Counted from the stretch's first letter, positions 31,143 through 41,627 are shown. The stretch: DNA of 64,000 nucleotides from an uncultured Staphylococcaceae bacterium (GCA_964541525.1 CAZIQF010000007.1:11533-75532), one strand, 5' to 3'. Notes: a model not told the origin generated them from the sequence alone. Translations and numbers: made by a program.

Positions 31143-32552
31143 ATGAAAAATTACGAATTATTGGAAAAATCTAAAATTAAAACAACAATTAATTATCTTC
31201 ATGAAGTATCTAAAGTTACGATTGATTCAAGAAAGGTTAAAGAAGGTGCTGTTTATTTGTGTGAGGATTTACAGTATTTAGAAGAAGCGATTTTAAAAGG
31301 AGCTAAAACGATTATTACATCTTATGAAATTTTTAATTTCAATAATCACAATGTTAATATAATTAAAGTTAATAATCTTAGAAGTACTTATGCTTTATTA
31401 CTTAAAATATTTTATGAAAACTTTAAATTTCCATATTTAATCGGTGTTACAGGTACTTGTGGTAAAACGACAGTTACAACTCTGCTTTATCGCTCACTGA
31501 AACTTGATCATGATGTAGTCCTTATTTCTTCAAATGGTATTTATCAATCCTACCAGGGAAAAGAATTATATGTTTCTACAACTAATACTACTCCTAGCTT
31601 AGAAGTTATCTATGATAGCATGTTTGGGAATAATTATCAATATGCAATAATTGAAGTAAGTAGTCAAGGCATTGATAATGGACGTATTTTAGGACTAGAA
31701 TTTGATACAGCCGTTTTCTTAAATTTAAGTCATGAACATTTAGACCATCATTTAAATCTACAAAATTATTTTAAAAGTAAACTACAATTATTTTCCCAAC
31801 TTAAAGCGGACGGTTTCTGCATTGTAAATCAAAATTTTGAACAATATCAAGAAATATTTAACAATACAAACGGAAAACCAATATTGTTCAATCCTCAGGA
31901 ATTACAATTAATATCAAGAAATCTAAAAACGCAAACTATCATGATTAATGATGAAAAAGTTGAAACCATTTTTAATGGTGACTATAATATAGAAAATATT
32001 ATGGCCGTTGTTACTATCTTAAAAATGCTTAAACAGAATGTAAATAATTTAATTATAACGCTTAAATCAAAAGCAGAAATTGATGGTAGACTCAATATAT
32101 TAGAGGAGCATAACCGAATTTTTGTTGTTGATTATGCTCATACACCAGTTGAAACCTTTAGTTTATTATCTCATCTTGTTAAGTATAAAAAGAAACGCTT
32201 AATTACGGTGATTGGTTGTGGTGGTAATCGTGATCAAAGTAAAAGACAAATCATCAGTAATACCTGTATGAAGTTTTCCGATTTTGTGATTTTTACTGAG
32301 GATAACAATCGTAATGAGCCAAGGATAAAAATTATCAATGATATGTTAAAAGGAGTACATCAAAATCACTACCAAGTAATTTTAAATCGAGTTGCTGCTA
32401 TCAAAAAAGCAATTTCAATCAGTAATGATGATGATATTGTTGTTTTAATCGGTCGAGGAAATGAACAATACTATGATCTATTTCATCAAAAGGTTGTCAC
32501 TGATATGGCCGTTATTAAATTATTTTTAGAAGAGGAACAAGCAAATGAATAG
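31143..32552 (+). CDS. murE: UDP-MurNAc-tripeptide ligase MurE (divergent)
   Basis: GVTGTCGKTT, IEVSSQG, DYAHTP, GCGGNRD, EDNNR; ATG 31143 after AAAGGAG. Confidence 0.85.
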   Translation: MKNYELLEKSKIKTTINYLHEVSKVTIDSRKVKEGAVYLCEDLQYLEEAILKGAKTIITSYEIFNFNNHNVNIIKVNNLRSTYALLLKIFYENFKFPYLIGVTGTCGKTTVTTLLYRSLKLDHDVVLISSNGIYQSYQGKELYVSTTNTTPSLEVIYDSMFGNNYQYAIIEVSSQGIDNGRILGLEFDTAVFLNLSHEHLDHHLNLQNYFKSKLQLFSQLKADGFCIVNQNFEQYQEIFNNTNGKPILFNPQELQLISRNLKTQTIMINDEKVETIFNGDYNIENIMAVVTILKMLKQNVNNLIITLKSKAEIDGRLNILEEHNRIFVVDYAHTPVETFSLLSHLVKYKKKRLITVIGCGGNRDQSKRQIISNTCMKFSDFVIFTEDNNRNEPRIKIINDMLKGVHQNHYQVILNRVAAIKKAISISNDDDIVVLIGRGNEQYYDLFHQKVVTDMAVIKLFLEEEQANE

Positions 32553-33528
32553 TTATTTATTAATTGATGCAATGTTATTTTTAATTTTTGGCATTCTATT
32601 ATTTCTATTAATGTTACCATATTTAAGAAAGCTAAAATTTGGTCAAAATATTCGAAATGAAGGTCCTAGTAAGCACCTTGTAAAGAAAGGTACGCCAACA
32701 ATGGGAGGATTAATTATCCTAATTTGTTGCTTAGTATTTATGAGCTTATTAATGATTGAATTTAAAGATGAACTTAACATTGATCATCGAAAATTTATGT
32801 TATTATTTATTCCAATGTTTGCTTACGGTATTTTAGGATTAATCGATGATATTCTAATTGTCGTAAAGAAAAAAAATGATGGATTAAAACCAAGTGTTAA
32901 GTTTTTAGTTCAATTAATCTTAGCAGCTGGAATTTATTTTGTTTATTTAAGTGTTTTTAACACCAATGAATTAAACTTTTTTGGTGTTTTGGTCGATATA
33001 AAATTTTTCTATGGTTTGTTAATAATTTTTTTACTTGTAGGTGTCACAAACGCAACCAACTTAACCGATGGTATCGATGGTTTACTTGCAGGTTGTGCGA
33101 TTATTTCTTATCTAAGTTTTGGTATCTTGGGCATTTACAAAAATGAATCAAGTGTAATTATCTTTTCTTTTGCAATGTGTATTGCTTTAACAGTATTTTT
33201 ATTTTTTAATTTACCCAAAGCAAGTGTTTTTATGGGAAATGTTGGTTCTCTATTAATCGGAGCTGGCTTAGTTATGGAAAGCATTATTCTTAGAATGGAA
33301 CTATTATTGTTTTTTATCGGTTTTGTTTATCTATTAGAAACGATTTCGGTAATTGTTCAAGTCTGGTTTTTTAAGAAGACCAAAGGTGAAAGACTATTTA
33401 AAATGTCACCTTTTCATCACCATTTAGAATTAAATGGATTCAAAGAAATCGAAATTGATATTATGCTGTATGGCTTACAGGTTGTTATGTGTGCCATCGG
33501 TATTTTAATCGGAATGTTGGTGTTTTAA
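32545..33528 (+). CDS. mraY: Phospho-MurNAc-pentapeptide transferase
   Basis: KKGTPTMGG, DD motif, NATNLTDGIDGL, FMGNVGS, FKMSPFHHHLE. Confidence 0.92.
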   Translation: MNSYLLIDAMLFLIFGILLFLLMLPYLRKLKFGQNIRNEGPSKHLVKKGTPTMGGLIILICCLVFMSLLMIEFKDELNIDHRKFMLLFIPMFAYGILGLIDDILIVVKKKNDGLKPSVKFLVQLILAAGIYFVYLSVFNTNELNFFGVLVDIKFFYGLLIIFLLVGVTNATNLTDGIDGLLAGCAIISYLSFGILGIYKNESSVIIFSFAMCIALTVFLFFNLPKASVFMGNVGSLLIGAGLVMESIILRMELLLFFIGFVYLLETISVIVQVWFFKKTKGERLFKMSPFHHHLELNGFKEIEIDIMLYGLQVVMCAIGILIGMLVF

Positions 33529-34751
33529 TGAAGGAATATTTATTATATGGAATGGGAAAATCAAATCTAGCGGTAAAAAAGTATTTTGATCAGCAAAGAA
33601 TTAAATATACAATTTACTTGGATACCATGGATTTAAACAAAGTTAAAATATCAAAAGATTTAGTGGTAATTAAAAGTCCGGGAATTAAAAGCGATACTAA
33701 ACTAATGCAGTTACTAATCGATCAACAAATTGCAATTTTAACCGACATCGGTCTTTTTTATCAATTGTTCAAAGATGTTTTCTATATTGGTATTACCGGA
33801 ACACTCGGTAAAACGACTACAACTTTACTTTGTCATCATTTATTAAAAGCGGATTTAAAAGACATCGAAATGGCTGGTAATATTGGTATTCCAATTTTTG
33901 AATATGCATTTAAACCACCTAAATATTTAATTGTTGAATTATCCAGCTTTGAACTCGAATATTGTGGTCATTTTAAACCGAATATTATGTTATTTCTTAA
34001 TTGCTATGCCCATCATCTGAACCATCATCAAAATTTTAAAGCTTATTTACAAGCAAAAATGCAACCGATTAAAAATATGGATCAAAACGATCTATTAATC
34101 GTTAATCAAGAATTGGAAACATATTTTAATTCAGCTTTATTACTACCTAAAGTCATATTTTATGCGAAAAGCGATGTATTGAAAGTTAAGATACCACAAA
34201 ATCAATTCTTTAATTATGATTATAATCTTGATAATTTTCATGGGTTAATTCCGATTTTAAATTTTTTCAAAATAAATCAGGATCATATATTCAATCGCTT
34301 GTGTACTTTTAATCCACCTACATATCGGATGGAAACTATTTATCAGACTGATCAATTAATCATCATCAATGACTCTAAATCAACCTGTTTGAAAGCGACT
34401 ATTGAAGCGATCAAATCTTTAAATAAAAACTATTCTTCATTTAATTTAACTTTAATTATGGGAGGAAAAACTGATTTAGATGAGTTGATAATTTTTAAAC
34501 CTGAATTGAAATCTTTAATCAATAATTTACAATGTTATTATTATGGTGAAAATAAGGATTTACTAAATCAAATTAGTCCGGGTATTGTTAGAAAAACATT
34601 AGAAGAAGTAATCGAAATAATTGATGTTGATTCTAAAAAACAAGTAATTTTATTTTCACCTGGAGCTCAAAGTTTAGATCAATTTGGTTCATTTATCATT
34701 AGGGGCAACACCTTTAATACTTTGATGCTGAAAAAAATAAAACATTTATAA
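33528..34751 (+). CDS. murD: UDP-MurNAc-L-Ala--D-Glu ligase MurD (divergent)
   Basis: KSPGI, GITGTLGKTT, GNIGIP, ELSSFEL, NDSKST, LFSPGAQSLDQF; ATG overlaps mraY stop (TAATG). Confidence 0.85.
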   Translation: MKEYLLYGMGKSNLAVKKYFDQQRIKYTIYLDTMDLNKVKISKDLVVIKSPGIKSDTKLMQLLIDQQIAILTDIGLFYQLFKDVFYIGITGTLGKTTTTLLCHHLLKADLKDIEMAGNIGIPIFEYAFKPPKYLIVELSSFELEYCGHFKPNIMLFLNCYAHHLNHHQNFKAYLQAKMQPIKNMDQNDLLIVNQELETYFNSALLLPKVIFYAKSDVLKVKIPQNQFFNYDYNLDNFHGLIPILNFFKINQDHIFNRLCTFNPPTYRMETIYQTDQLIIINDSKSTCLKATIEAIKSLNKNYSSFNLTLIMGGKTDLDELIIFKPELKSLINNLQCYYYGENKDLLNQISPGIVRKTLEEVIEIIDVDSKKQVILFSPGAQSLDQFGSFIIRGNTFNTLMLKKIKHL

Positions 34752-34770
34752 ATCAAACTTTTAAAAAATT

Positions 34771-34779
34771 TGGTATAAT
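34771..34779 (+). promoter_or_regulatory. Extended -10 sigmaA promoter for gltD-nadD
   Basis: TG-g-TATAAT, 30 nt upstream of the ATG; separates gltD from the mur unit. Confidence 0.55.
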
Positions 34780-34809
34780 ACTTGTAGCTAATAATTTAGG
34801 AGTAACTAT

Positions 34810-36009
34810 ATGGAAAATATTAATCAAGATTTAAAACGATGCTTAAATTGTAAAAAACCAAATTGTATTAATGGATGTCCTTTACATACAGATATTCCTT
34901 TATTAATCAATTTATTGAAAGCAAATAAAATTAATGATGCAATAAAAGTTCAATACCAATATAATAGTATTCCTTTTATTTGTGGTAAATTATGTGATCA
35001 TGAACGTCAATGTTTAGGAGGATGCAATCTTAAGTCTGACCCAATCAAGATTAATGAAATGTGTTTTGAACTAGGAATTAAACGCCTAAAATCGGAAGTT
35101 AATTTATCTGTATTAAATGGTAAGATGGTCGCCGTAGTGGGTGGGGGAATTGGGGGTTTAATTGTCAGTGAACGTTTATTAGAAACTGGTTTCAAAGTTG
35201 ATTTGTTTGAAAAAACGGATCGATTAGGTGGTGTTTTAGCTCAAACAATGCCAGATTTTAGGTATGATAAGCGCTATTTAAATTTGTGGATTGAACGATT
35301 ATATAAACTAGGATTAAATGTTAAATTTAATCAAATAATTGGGAATAATCTTTTTATTACTGATTTATGTAAATATGATGCAATTGTGATTGCAGTAGGC
35401 GCATCAAATCCCCGTAAATTATTTAGCAATGATTTTAGTATAGATGCGTTGACGATTCTAAATCAAGCCAAACATAATCTAGTAAAGATTAGTAATCAAA
35501 AGGTAATTGTACTTGGAGGTGGCAATACCGCATTTGACGTCGCACGAACAATGAAACGGCTTGGAAATCAAGTTTCAATCGCTTACAGAAGGGATTTAGC
35601 TAATTCATTAGCTTCTAAAAAGGAAATTAATTTAGCGATTGAAGAAGGAATTGAAATTTTAGAATGTTTAGCACCAAAAGATGTTGTAAGAGTTAAAAAT
35701 AATTTATTGGAAATTACCTTTAATAAAACATTATTGAAAAATGAAAATGAAACTCGAAAAAGCTTTATTACAACTGATGAGATTGTGAAAATGGAAACTA
35801 ATTTAATAATAGAAGCCGTAGGCGCAAGTTGTGATTTGTCATTTTTAGATCAATCAATTTTAGATGAACATGGCTACGCAAAGTCGATTATTAATGATAA
35901 CTTGTATATTATAGGGGATGCTTATTTAGGACCTTCATCATTTGTTAAAACAAATCAAACGGCAATTATTTGTGCGAATGATATTATTAGTAAAGGACAA
36001 AAACTATGA
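34810..36009 (+). CDS. GltD/NfnB-like FeS flavoprotein (FAD- and NAD(P)-dependent oxidoreductase)
   Basis: CLNCKKPNCINGCP, PFICGKLC..ERQC..GC, GGGIGG and GGGNTAFD Rossmann motifs. Confidence 0.8.
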   Translation: MENINQDLKRCLNCKKPNCINGCPLHTDIPLLINLLKANKINDAIKVQYQYNSIPFICGKLCDHERQCLGGCNLKSDPIKINEMCFELGIKRLKSEVNLSVLNGKMVAVVGGGIGGLIVSERLLETGFKVDLFEKTDRLGGVLAQTMPDFRYDKRYLNLWIERLYKLGLNVKFNQIIGNNLFITDLCKYDAIVIAVGASNPRKLFSNDFSIDALTILNQAKHNLVKISNQKVIVLGGGNTAFDVARTMKRLGNQVSIAYRRDLANSLASKKEINLAIEEGIEILECLAPKDVVRVKNNLLEITFNKTLLKNENETRKSFITTDEIVKMETNLIIEAVGASCDLSFLDQSILDEHGYAKSIINDNLYIIGDAYLGPSSFVKTNQTAIICANDIISKGQKL

Positions 36010-36572
36010 AAAAAGTTCTTTTTGGTGGATCATTTAACCCACCAACGATAGCTCATTATGAGATAATTAATTATTTAGCTACATCTCAGCTTTATGATGA
36101 AATATTAATTTTACCAAATGGTGATACCTATGAATTTGGTGGTAAATCCTTGAATAATTTTGACCATCGAGTCAAAATGTTACATTTAATGTGTAATCAT
36201 TTACCTAATGTTAAAATTTTAGAAATTGAAAATCAGGAAGAATTTTTGGGAACTGCCCATACGCTTAAATTACTAAATCATCCAACCTTTGTTATCGGTG
36301 CTGATTGTTTAGACCATTTACATTTATGGAAAAATTTTGAAACTTTAATAAACGAAAATCAATTTCTCGTTTTTGCAAGAAGTAGTCTCCAAGATGTTCA
36401 TCGCATAATTTTAAATAATCCCAATCTTAAGGCCTATGATCAGCATTTTACAATCGTTGATTTAAAAACTAGTGATGTTTCTTCGAGTGAATTTAGATTA
36501 ACTAAAAATGAAAAAATGGTAAAAGATGAAGTTCTAGAATATATTAAAAGTAATCATTTATATGGGTTTTAA
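36006..36572 (+). CDS. nadD: Nicotinate-nucleotide adenylyltransferase
   Basis: FGGSFNPPTIAH, IGAD, VSSSEFR. Confidence 0.85.
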   Translation: MKKVLFGGSFNPPTIAHYEIINYLATSQLYDEILILPNGDTYEFGGKSLNNFDHRVKMLHLMCNHLPNVKILEIENQEEFLGTAHTLKLLNHPTFVIGADCLDHLHLWKNFETLINENQFLVFARSSLQDVHRIILNNPNLKAYDQHFTIVDLKTSDVSSSEFRLTKNEKMVKDEVLEYIKSNHLYGF

Positions 36573-36626
36573 TTTTCTGTATGCAATTTTCTTTTAAAAC
36601 AAAATATTATTTGATATAATGAACGT

Positions 36627-36864
36627 GTAATTAATAAAATCGATGAATAGAAGGAGTAGATTATTAATCGTAATTAGAGAATGTCTGGTTGGTGAAAAGA
36701 TATCAAGTTAATAATCGAAGGTAGTCTAGGAGATGTTATAGGGAACTAATAGTACTTATAATCGTATGCTGGCGTTAACAGTTAATGAGGGAAGATTTTA
36801 TCTTCTAAACTTTAGGTGGTACCACGATTTATTCGTCCTTTAGAATTCTAAGGGGCGTTTTTTT
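36627..36864 (+). ncRNA. T-box riboswitch (valine specifier) upstream of valS
   Basis: AGAGA box 36676-36680, GGTTGGTGAAA box, GAAG-GTA specifier (Val codon GTA 36721-36723), T-box AGGTGGTACCACG 36814-36826, terminator 36834-36864; TG-n-TATAAT at 36612-36620. Confidence 0.93.
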
Positions 36865-36899
36865 AATTCCCCTAAACAATTTATAGAAGAGGTGAAAAA

Positions 36900-39533
36900 A
36901 TGAAAAAAGAAATGATGGCTCCTAAATACGATTTTAAAAGCGTAGAAGCGGGCAAATATGACACTTGGTTAAAAGAAGGATACTTTACAAGTGGCGATAA
37001 ACGTAAAATTCCATATACGATTGTTATCCCACCACCAAATGTAACAGGGAAATTGCATTTAGGACATGCATGGGATACAACCTTACAAGACATTTTGATT
37101 AGAAGAAAAAGGATGCAAGGATATGATGCGTTATGGCTTCCAGGAATGGATCATGCTGGAATTGCTACTCAAGCTAAAATTGACGCGAAACTAAAATCAC
37201 AAGGCATTAGCCGATATGATTTGGGACGTGAAAAATTTTTAGAAGTTGCTTGGGAATGGAAACATGAATATGCTGAATACATTAGAAAACAATGGGCAGC
37301 ATTAGGTTTATCTCTGGATTATAGTAAAGAACGTTTTACTCTAGATGAAGGGTTACAACAAGCGGTTAAAAAAGTTTTTATTTCCCTATATAATGAAGGC
37401 TTACTATATCGTGGTGAGAAGATTATCAACTGGGATGTTGAAGCAAAAACAGCACTTTCCAATGTTGAAGTTGAATACAAAGATATTGAAGGGGCATTCT
37501 ACCACTTTATTTATCCCTTTACCGATGGTACAGGCGGTTTAGAAATCGCAACAACGAGACCTGAAACCATGTTTGGTGATACCGCATTAATGGTTCATCC
37601 TGATGATGAAAGATATCAAGCATACATTGGTAAAGAAGTATTTATTCCTGGAACTGATCGAAAAATTCCGGTTATCAGTGATGAATATGTAGAAATCGGC
37701 TTTGGTACAGGTGTTGTTAAAGTAACTCCAGCTCATGATCCAAATGACTTTGAAGTTGGAACTAGACATGGATTAGAACGTATAATTTGTATGAATGAAG
37801 ATGGAACAATGAATGAACTTGCTGGAAAGTACCAAGGAATGAATCGATTTGATTGTCGTAAGCAAGTAGTGGAAGACTTAACAAAACTAGGACTTTGTCC
37901 AAAAATTGAAAAAATGATTCACTCAGTAGGACATTCAGAGCGTACTGGCGTTGTTGTAGAACCACGCCTTTCTAAACAATGGTTTGTAAAAATGAAGCCT
38001 CTTGCTTTAGATGTAGTAAAAATGCAAGCCTCTGATGAACCGATTGAATTTGTACCAAGCAGGTTTAATAAAACCTTAGTTCAATGGTTTGATGTAGAAG
38101 ACGTTCAAGATTGGTGCGTATCACGTCAATTATGGTGGGGTCACCGAATTCCTGTCTGGTATCGTGGAGAAGAGATTTATGTAGGTGAAAATGCACCTGA
38201 AGGTGAAGGTTGGGTTCAAGATGAAGATGTTCTTGATACGTGGTTCTCAAGTGCGTTATGGCCGTTCTCTACATTAGGTTGGCCAGAAACGACTGCAGAT
38301 TTAGAACGCTATTATCCAACTGACTGTCTAGTTACAGGATATGATATTATCACTTTCTGGGTTTCACGTATGGCCCTTCAAGGTTGTCATTTTACTCATA
38401 AACGTCCATTTAAAAAATGTTTTATTCATGGGTTAATTCGTGATGAACAAGGACGTAAAATGAGTAAATCGTTAGGAAACGGGATTGATCCTTTTGATTT
38501 AATCGAAGAATATGGTTGTGATGCGATGCGTTATTTCTTAACGACTAACGCAACACCAGGTCAAGACCTTACATTTTCTAAAGAAAAGATGGCATCATCT
38601 TGGAATTACATCAATAAAATTTGGAATATTTCGCGTTTTATTGCGATGAATCTAGAAAAAGTTGGTTACGATGAAAGAGAAATTGATTATAATAACTTAA
38701 CAAAAATTGATGAATGGATTTTATCGGCTGAAAATAAATTAATTGAAGCAGTTGATAGCCGCTATGAAGATTATGAATTAGGTGAAGTTGCAAGACTAAT
38801 TTATAATTTTACCTGGAATGATTTTGCTTCTTGGTACCTTGAATTAACTAAAGTTACTTTTGCAAATGGTACTGATGCTGAAAAACAAAATACTTGTGCC
38901 ATTTTGAAACAAATATTAACAACAATCATTAAATTATTACATCCATTTATGCCATTTGTTACCGAAGAAATCTATCAACATTTTTATGATGGATCAATTA
39001 TGGTTAGTGATTGGCCAACAGCTAATGAATTAAAAATTGATTTTGATAATTCACAAGTAGATCGTTTATTTAATATCATTACAACTGTTCGTAATATTCG
39101 TGCTTCCAAAAATGTTAGTATTAATAAAAAAATTAATATCATTCTTGAAGATACTAAAGGTAATGATATCGCTACTTTCACTAAAAACTACTATCCTTAC
39201 TTATGTAAATTCTTAAATTTTGAATCGCTTAGAGTGATTGAAACTTCGACTAATGAAAAAGATGATGCGATTGTTAGTGTATTAGCCGATGTTACTGTTA
39301 TTGTTCCGTTAAAAGAACTAGTTAATATGGAAGAAGAATTGAGTAAATTAAAGGCACAAAGAGATAAATTATTAAATGAAGTTGCTCGTGCTAAAGGTAT
39401 GTTATCAAATCCGAGATTTGTAGAAAAAGCACCAAAAGATAAGGTTGAAGCTGAAACTAAGAAATTAAATGCTTATTTAGAACAATTAAGTGAAGTTGAA
39501 GCGACAATCGCCAAATACGAGGGTAATAAATAA
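36900..39533 (+). CDS. valS: Valine--tRNA ligase
   Basis: PPPNVTGKLHLGH, KMSKS, C-terminal coiled coil. Confidence 0.98.
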   Translation: MKKEMMAPKYDFKSVEAGKYDTWLKEGYFTSGDKRKIPYTIVIPPPNVTGKLHLGHAWDTTLQDILIRRKRMQGYDALWLPGMDHAGIATQAKIDAKLKSQGISRYDLGREKFLEVAWEWKHEYAEYIRKQWAALGLSLDYSKERFTLDEGLQQAVKKVFISLYNEGLLYRGEKIINWDVEAKTALSNVEVEYKDIEGAFYHFIYPFTDGTGGLEIATTRPETMFGDTALMVHPDDERYQAYIGKEVFIPGTDRKIPVISDEYVEIGFGTGVVKVTPAHDPNDFEVGTRHGLERIICMNEDGTMNELAGKYQGMNRFDCRKQVVEDLTKLGLCPKIEKMIHSVGHSERTGVVVEPRLSKQWFVKMKPLALDVVKMQASDEPIEFVPSRFNKTLVQWFDVEDVQDWCVSRQLWWGHRIPVWYRGEEIYVGENAPEGEGWVQDEDVLDTWFSSALWPFSTLGWPETTADLERYYPTDCLVTGYDIITFWVSRMALQGCHFTHKRPFKKCFIHGLIRDEQGRKMSKSLGNGIDPFDLIEEYGCDAMRYFLTTNATPGQDLTFSKEKMASSWNYINKIWNISRFIAMNLEKVGYDEREIDYNNLTKIDEWILSAENKLIEAVDSRYEDYELGEVARLIYNFTWNDFASWYLELTKVTFANGTDAEKQNTCAILKQILTTIIKLLHPFMPFVTEEIYQHFYDGSIMVSDWPTANELKIDFDNSQVDRLFNIITTVRNIRASKNVSINKKINIILEDTKGNDIATFTKNYYPYLCKFLNFESLRVIETSTNEKDDAIVSVLADVTVIVPLKELVNMEEELSKLKAQRDKLLNEVARAKGMLSNPRFVEKAPKDKVEAETKKLNAYLEQLSEVEATIAKYEGNK

Positions 39534-40858
39534 TGAATCAAGAAATTAAGCAAGCATTGGTTTTTACCGATGCTTCTAATTTTGTTAGTTTTATTGAAAA
39601 ACAAAAAAGATTTTCTAAAAAAGTATCTTTAGAAAATATGAAATATTTTTCAAGTTTATTTAATCATCCCGAACAAAAATTAAACTTTATTCATATAACG
39701 GGAACTAATGGTAAGGGAAGTACGGTAGCATATTTAAAAAATATCTATTTAAAACAAGGATTAAACGTTGGAACATTTACTTCCCCCTATATTGAATGTT
39801 TTAATGAACGAATTTCCTATAATGGTAAAAATATCACTGATGATGAACTTCTAAAATATGGTAATTTGATTTTAAGTAAATATCCGAAAATGGAAGAAGA
39901 TGGCATGCCCTACCCAACTTTCTTTGAATTTATTACGTTACTAGCGTTAATTTATTTTGCAAGTATTACTGAGATTGATTTAGTTTTATTTGAAGTAGGA
40001 ATTGGTGGAAGATTAGATGCAACAAATATTATTACGCCAATTGTTAGTGTTATTACTAACGTGTCTTATGATCATACTACACAACTAGGTAATACCTTAG
40101 AACTAATAACAAAAGAAAAATTAGGAATAGTAAAACCGAATATTCCGCTAGTTACTAGCTGTAAAAATCAAAAATTATTAAAAATAATGGAAGAAGATTG
40201 TATGTTGAAACATTCAATGTTCATAAAAGTCGATTTTGAGCGATTGAAAATCAAAAAACTAGATTTAGATTCATCCGTTTTCTCATACGCTGATTATGAA
40301 TTACTATTTCAAGTTAAGATGTTAGGTCTACATCAAATTGAAAATGCCTGTCTTGCAATTGAAGTAGTAAACTTAATTAATAAAATTTATCAAAATAAAA
40401 AAAGCAATTTTTGTGTTTCAAGCGAAATATTATATGAGGGACTTATTTCAACTAGTTGGATAGGGAGATTAGAATGTATCAGTAAAGCACCATTAATCTA
40501 TCTTGATGGTGGACATAATATTGATTGCATTAAAAGAGTTTGTGAATTTGTTAAACAAATCAAATGCAATCATAAACGCGTAGTTGTTTCTATTTCCAGT
40601 GATAAAGATCTTAAGGAAATGATAAATCTGTTAGATCAAACTTTTGATGAATTAATTTTTACTAATTATACTTACAATCGAAGTGCTCATGCTGAAGATT
40701 TATATCATCTTTCTCAATCTCAAACAAAAAAATTAATTGTTAATATTGAAGATTCCATTGATTATTGTTTTAATCGCCCTACGGATTTTACCCTTTTTAC
40801 CGGTAGCTTGTATTTAATCAGTGAAATAAGACCAAAAATTTTAAATCGAAAAAATTAG
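39533..40858 (+). CDS. folC: Folylpolyglutamate synthase/dihydrofolate synthase
   Basis: HITGTNGKGS, EVGIGGRLDATN, DGGHN; follows valS. Confidence 0.95.
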   Translation: MNQEIKQALVFTDASNFVSFIEKQKRFSKKVSLENMKYFSSLFNHPEQKLNFIHITGTNGKGSTVAYLKNIYLKQGLNVGTFTSPYIECFNERISYNGKNITDDELLKYGNLILSKYPKMEEDGMPYPTFFEFITLLALIYFASITEIDLVLFEVGIGGRLDATNIITPIVSVITNVSYDHTTQLGNTLELITKEKLGIVKPNIPLVTSCKNQKLLKIMEEDCMLKHSMFIKVDFERLKIKKLDLDSSVFSYADYELLFQVKMLGLHQIENACLAIEVVNLINKIYQNKKSNFCVSSEILYEGLISTSWIGRLECISKAPLIYLDGGHNIDCIKRVCEFVKQIKCNHKRVVVSISSDKDLKEMINLLDQTFDELIFTNYTYNRSAHAEDLYHLSQSQTKKLIVNIEDSIDYCFNRPTDFTLFTGSLYLISEIRPKILNRKN

Positions 40859-40909
40859 TATCTAGCGAATAAATCGTTAATACTAATTTTTTTTAAGGAA
40901 GGAAATTAG

Positions 40910-41590
40910 ATGATTTTAAAAGAAATGCCGTTAACTGAGCAACCTAGAGAAAAATTATTATCAATTGGTAGTGATAAACTATCTAATATTGAACTGCTGG
41001 CTATCCTACTTCGAACCGGAACAAAGGATGCTAATGTACTTAAAGTCGCAGAAGAAGTTATTTATTTGTTAGAAGATATTTCTGATTTGACAACACTTAC
41101 AATTCAAGAACTGATAGATATTAAAGGAATCGGTTTATCGAAAGCTATTACCATTTTAGCAGCTGTTGAACTAGGAAAAAGAATCGTCGAAAATAAGCAA
41201 AAAAACTTAAGTTTTTCTACGCCTGAAGCGATCTTTGAGTATTTTTACCCACGAATGGTAAATCTAAAACAAGAAACTTTATACGGAATCTACTTAGACG
41301 TTAGAGGTAAGGTAATATCGATTAAGCATCTGACAACAGGTACGATAACATCAACACTAATTGATCCAAAATTAATTTTCAAATGGGCTTATAAACTTTC
41401 TGCATCGAATATTATACTAGTTCACAATCATCCAAGTAAAGACTCCACCCCATCGCTTGCTGACATTAAAATTACAGCAGAATTAATCAAGCAATCAAGG
41501 GTAATTCAAATCGAAATTATTGATCATATTATTATCGGTGATGATTTCTTCAGTATGAAGCGAAGTATCAAAAATTATAAATTGTTCTAA
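40910..41590 (+). CDS. radC: RadC family JAB-domain protein
   Basis: PREKL, ELLAILLRTG, HNHPS...D, IDHIIIG. Confidence 0.93.
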   Translation: MILKEMPLTEQPREKLLSIGSDKLSNIELLAILLRTGTKDANVLKVAEEVIYLLEDISDLTTLTIQELIDIKGIGLSKAITILAAVELGKRIVENKQKNLSFSTPEAIFEYFYPRMVNLKQETLYGIYLDVRGKVISIKHLTTGTITSTLIDPKLIFKWAYKLSASNIILVHNHPSKDSTPSLADIKITAELIKQSRVIQIEIIDHIIIGDDFFSMKRSIKNYKLF

Positions 41591-41613
41591 ACATTAGTTA
41601 AATTTCATAAAAT
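41585..41613 (+). promoter_or_regulatory. sigmaE-type promoter candidate for spoIVFA/B-like genes
   Basis: TTCTAAA-14 bp-CATAAAAT; an overlapping TATAAT (41613-41618) lies too close to the ATG to leave room for the RBS. Confidence 0.55.
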
Positions 41614-41627
41614 ATAATGGTGATAAA

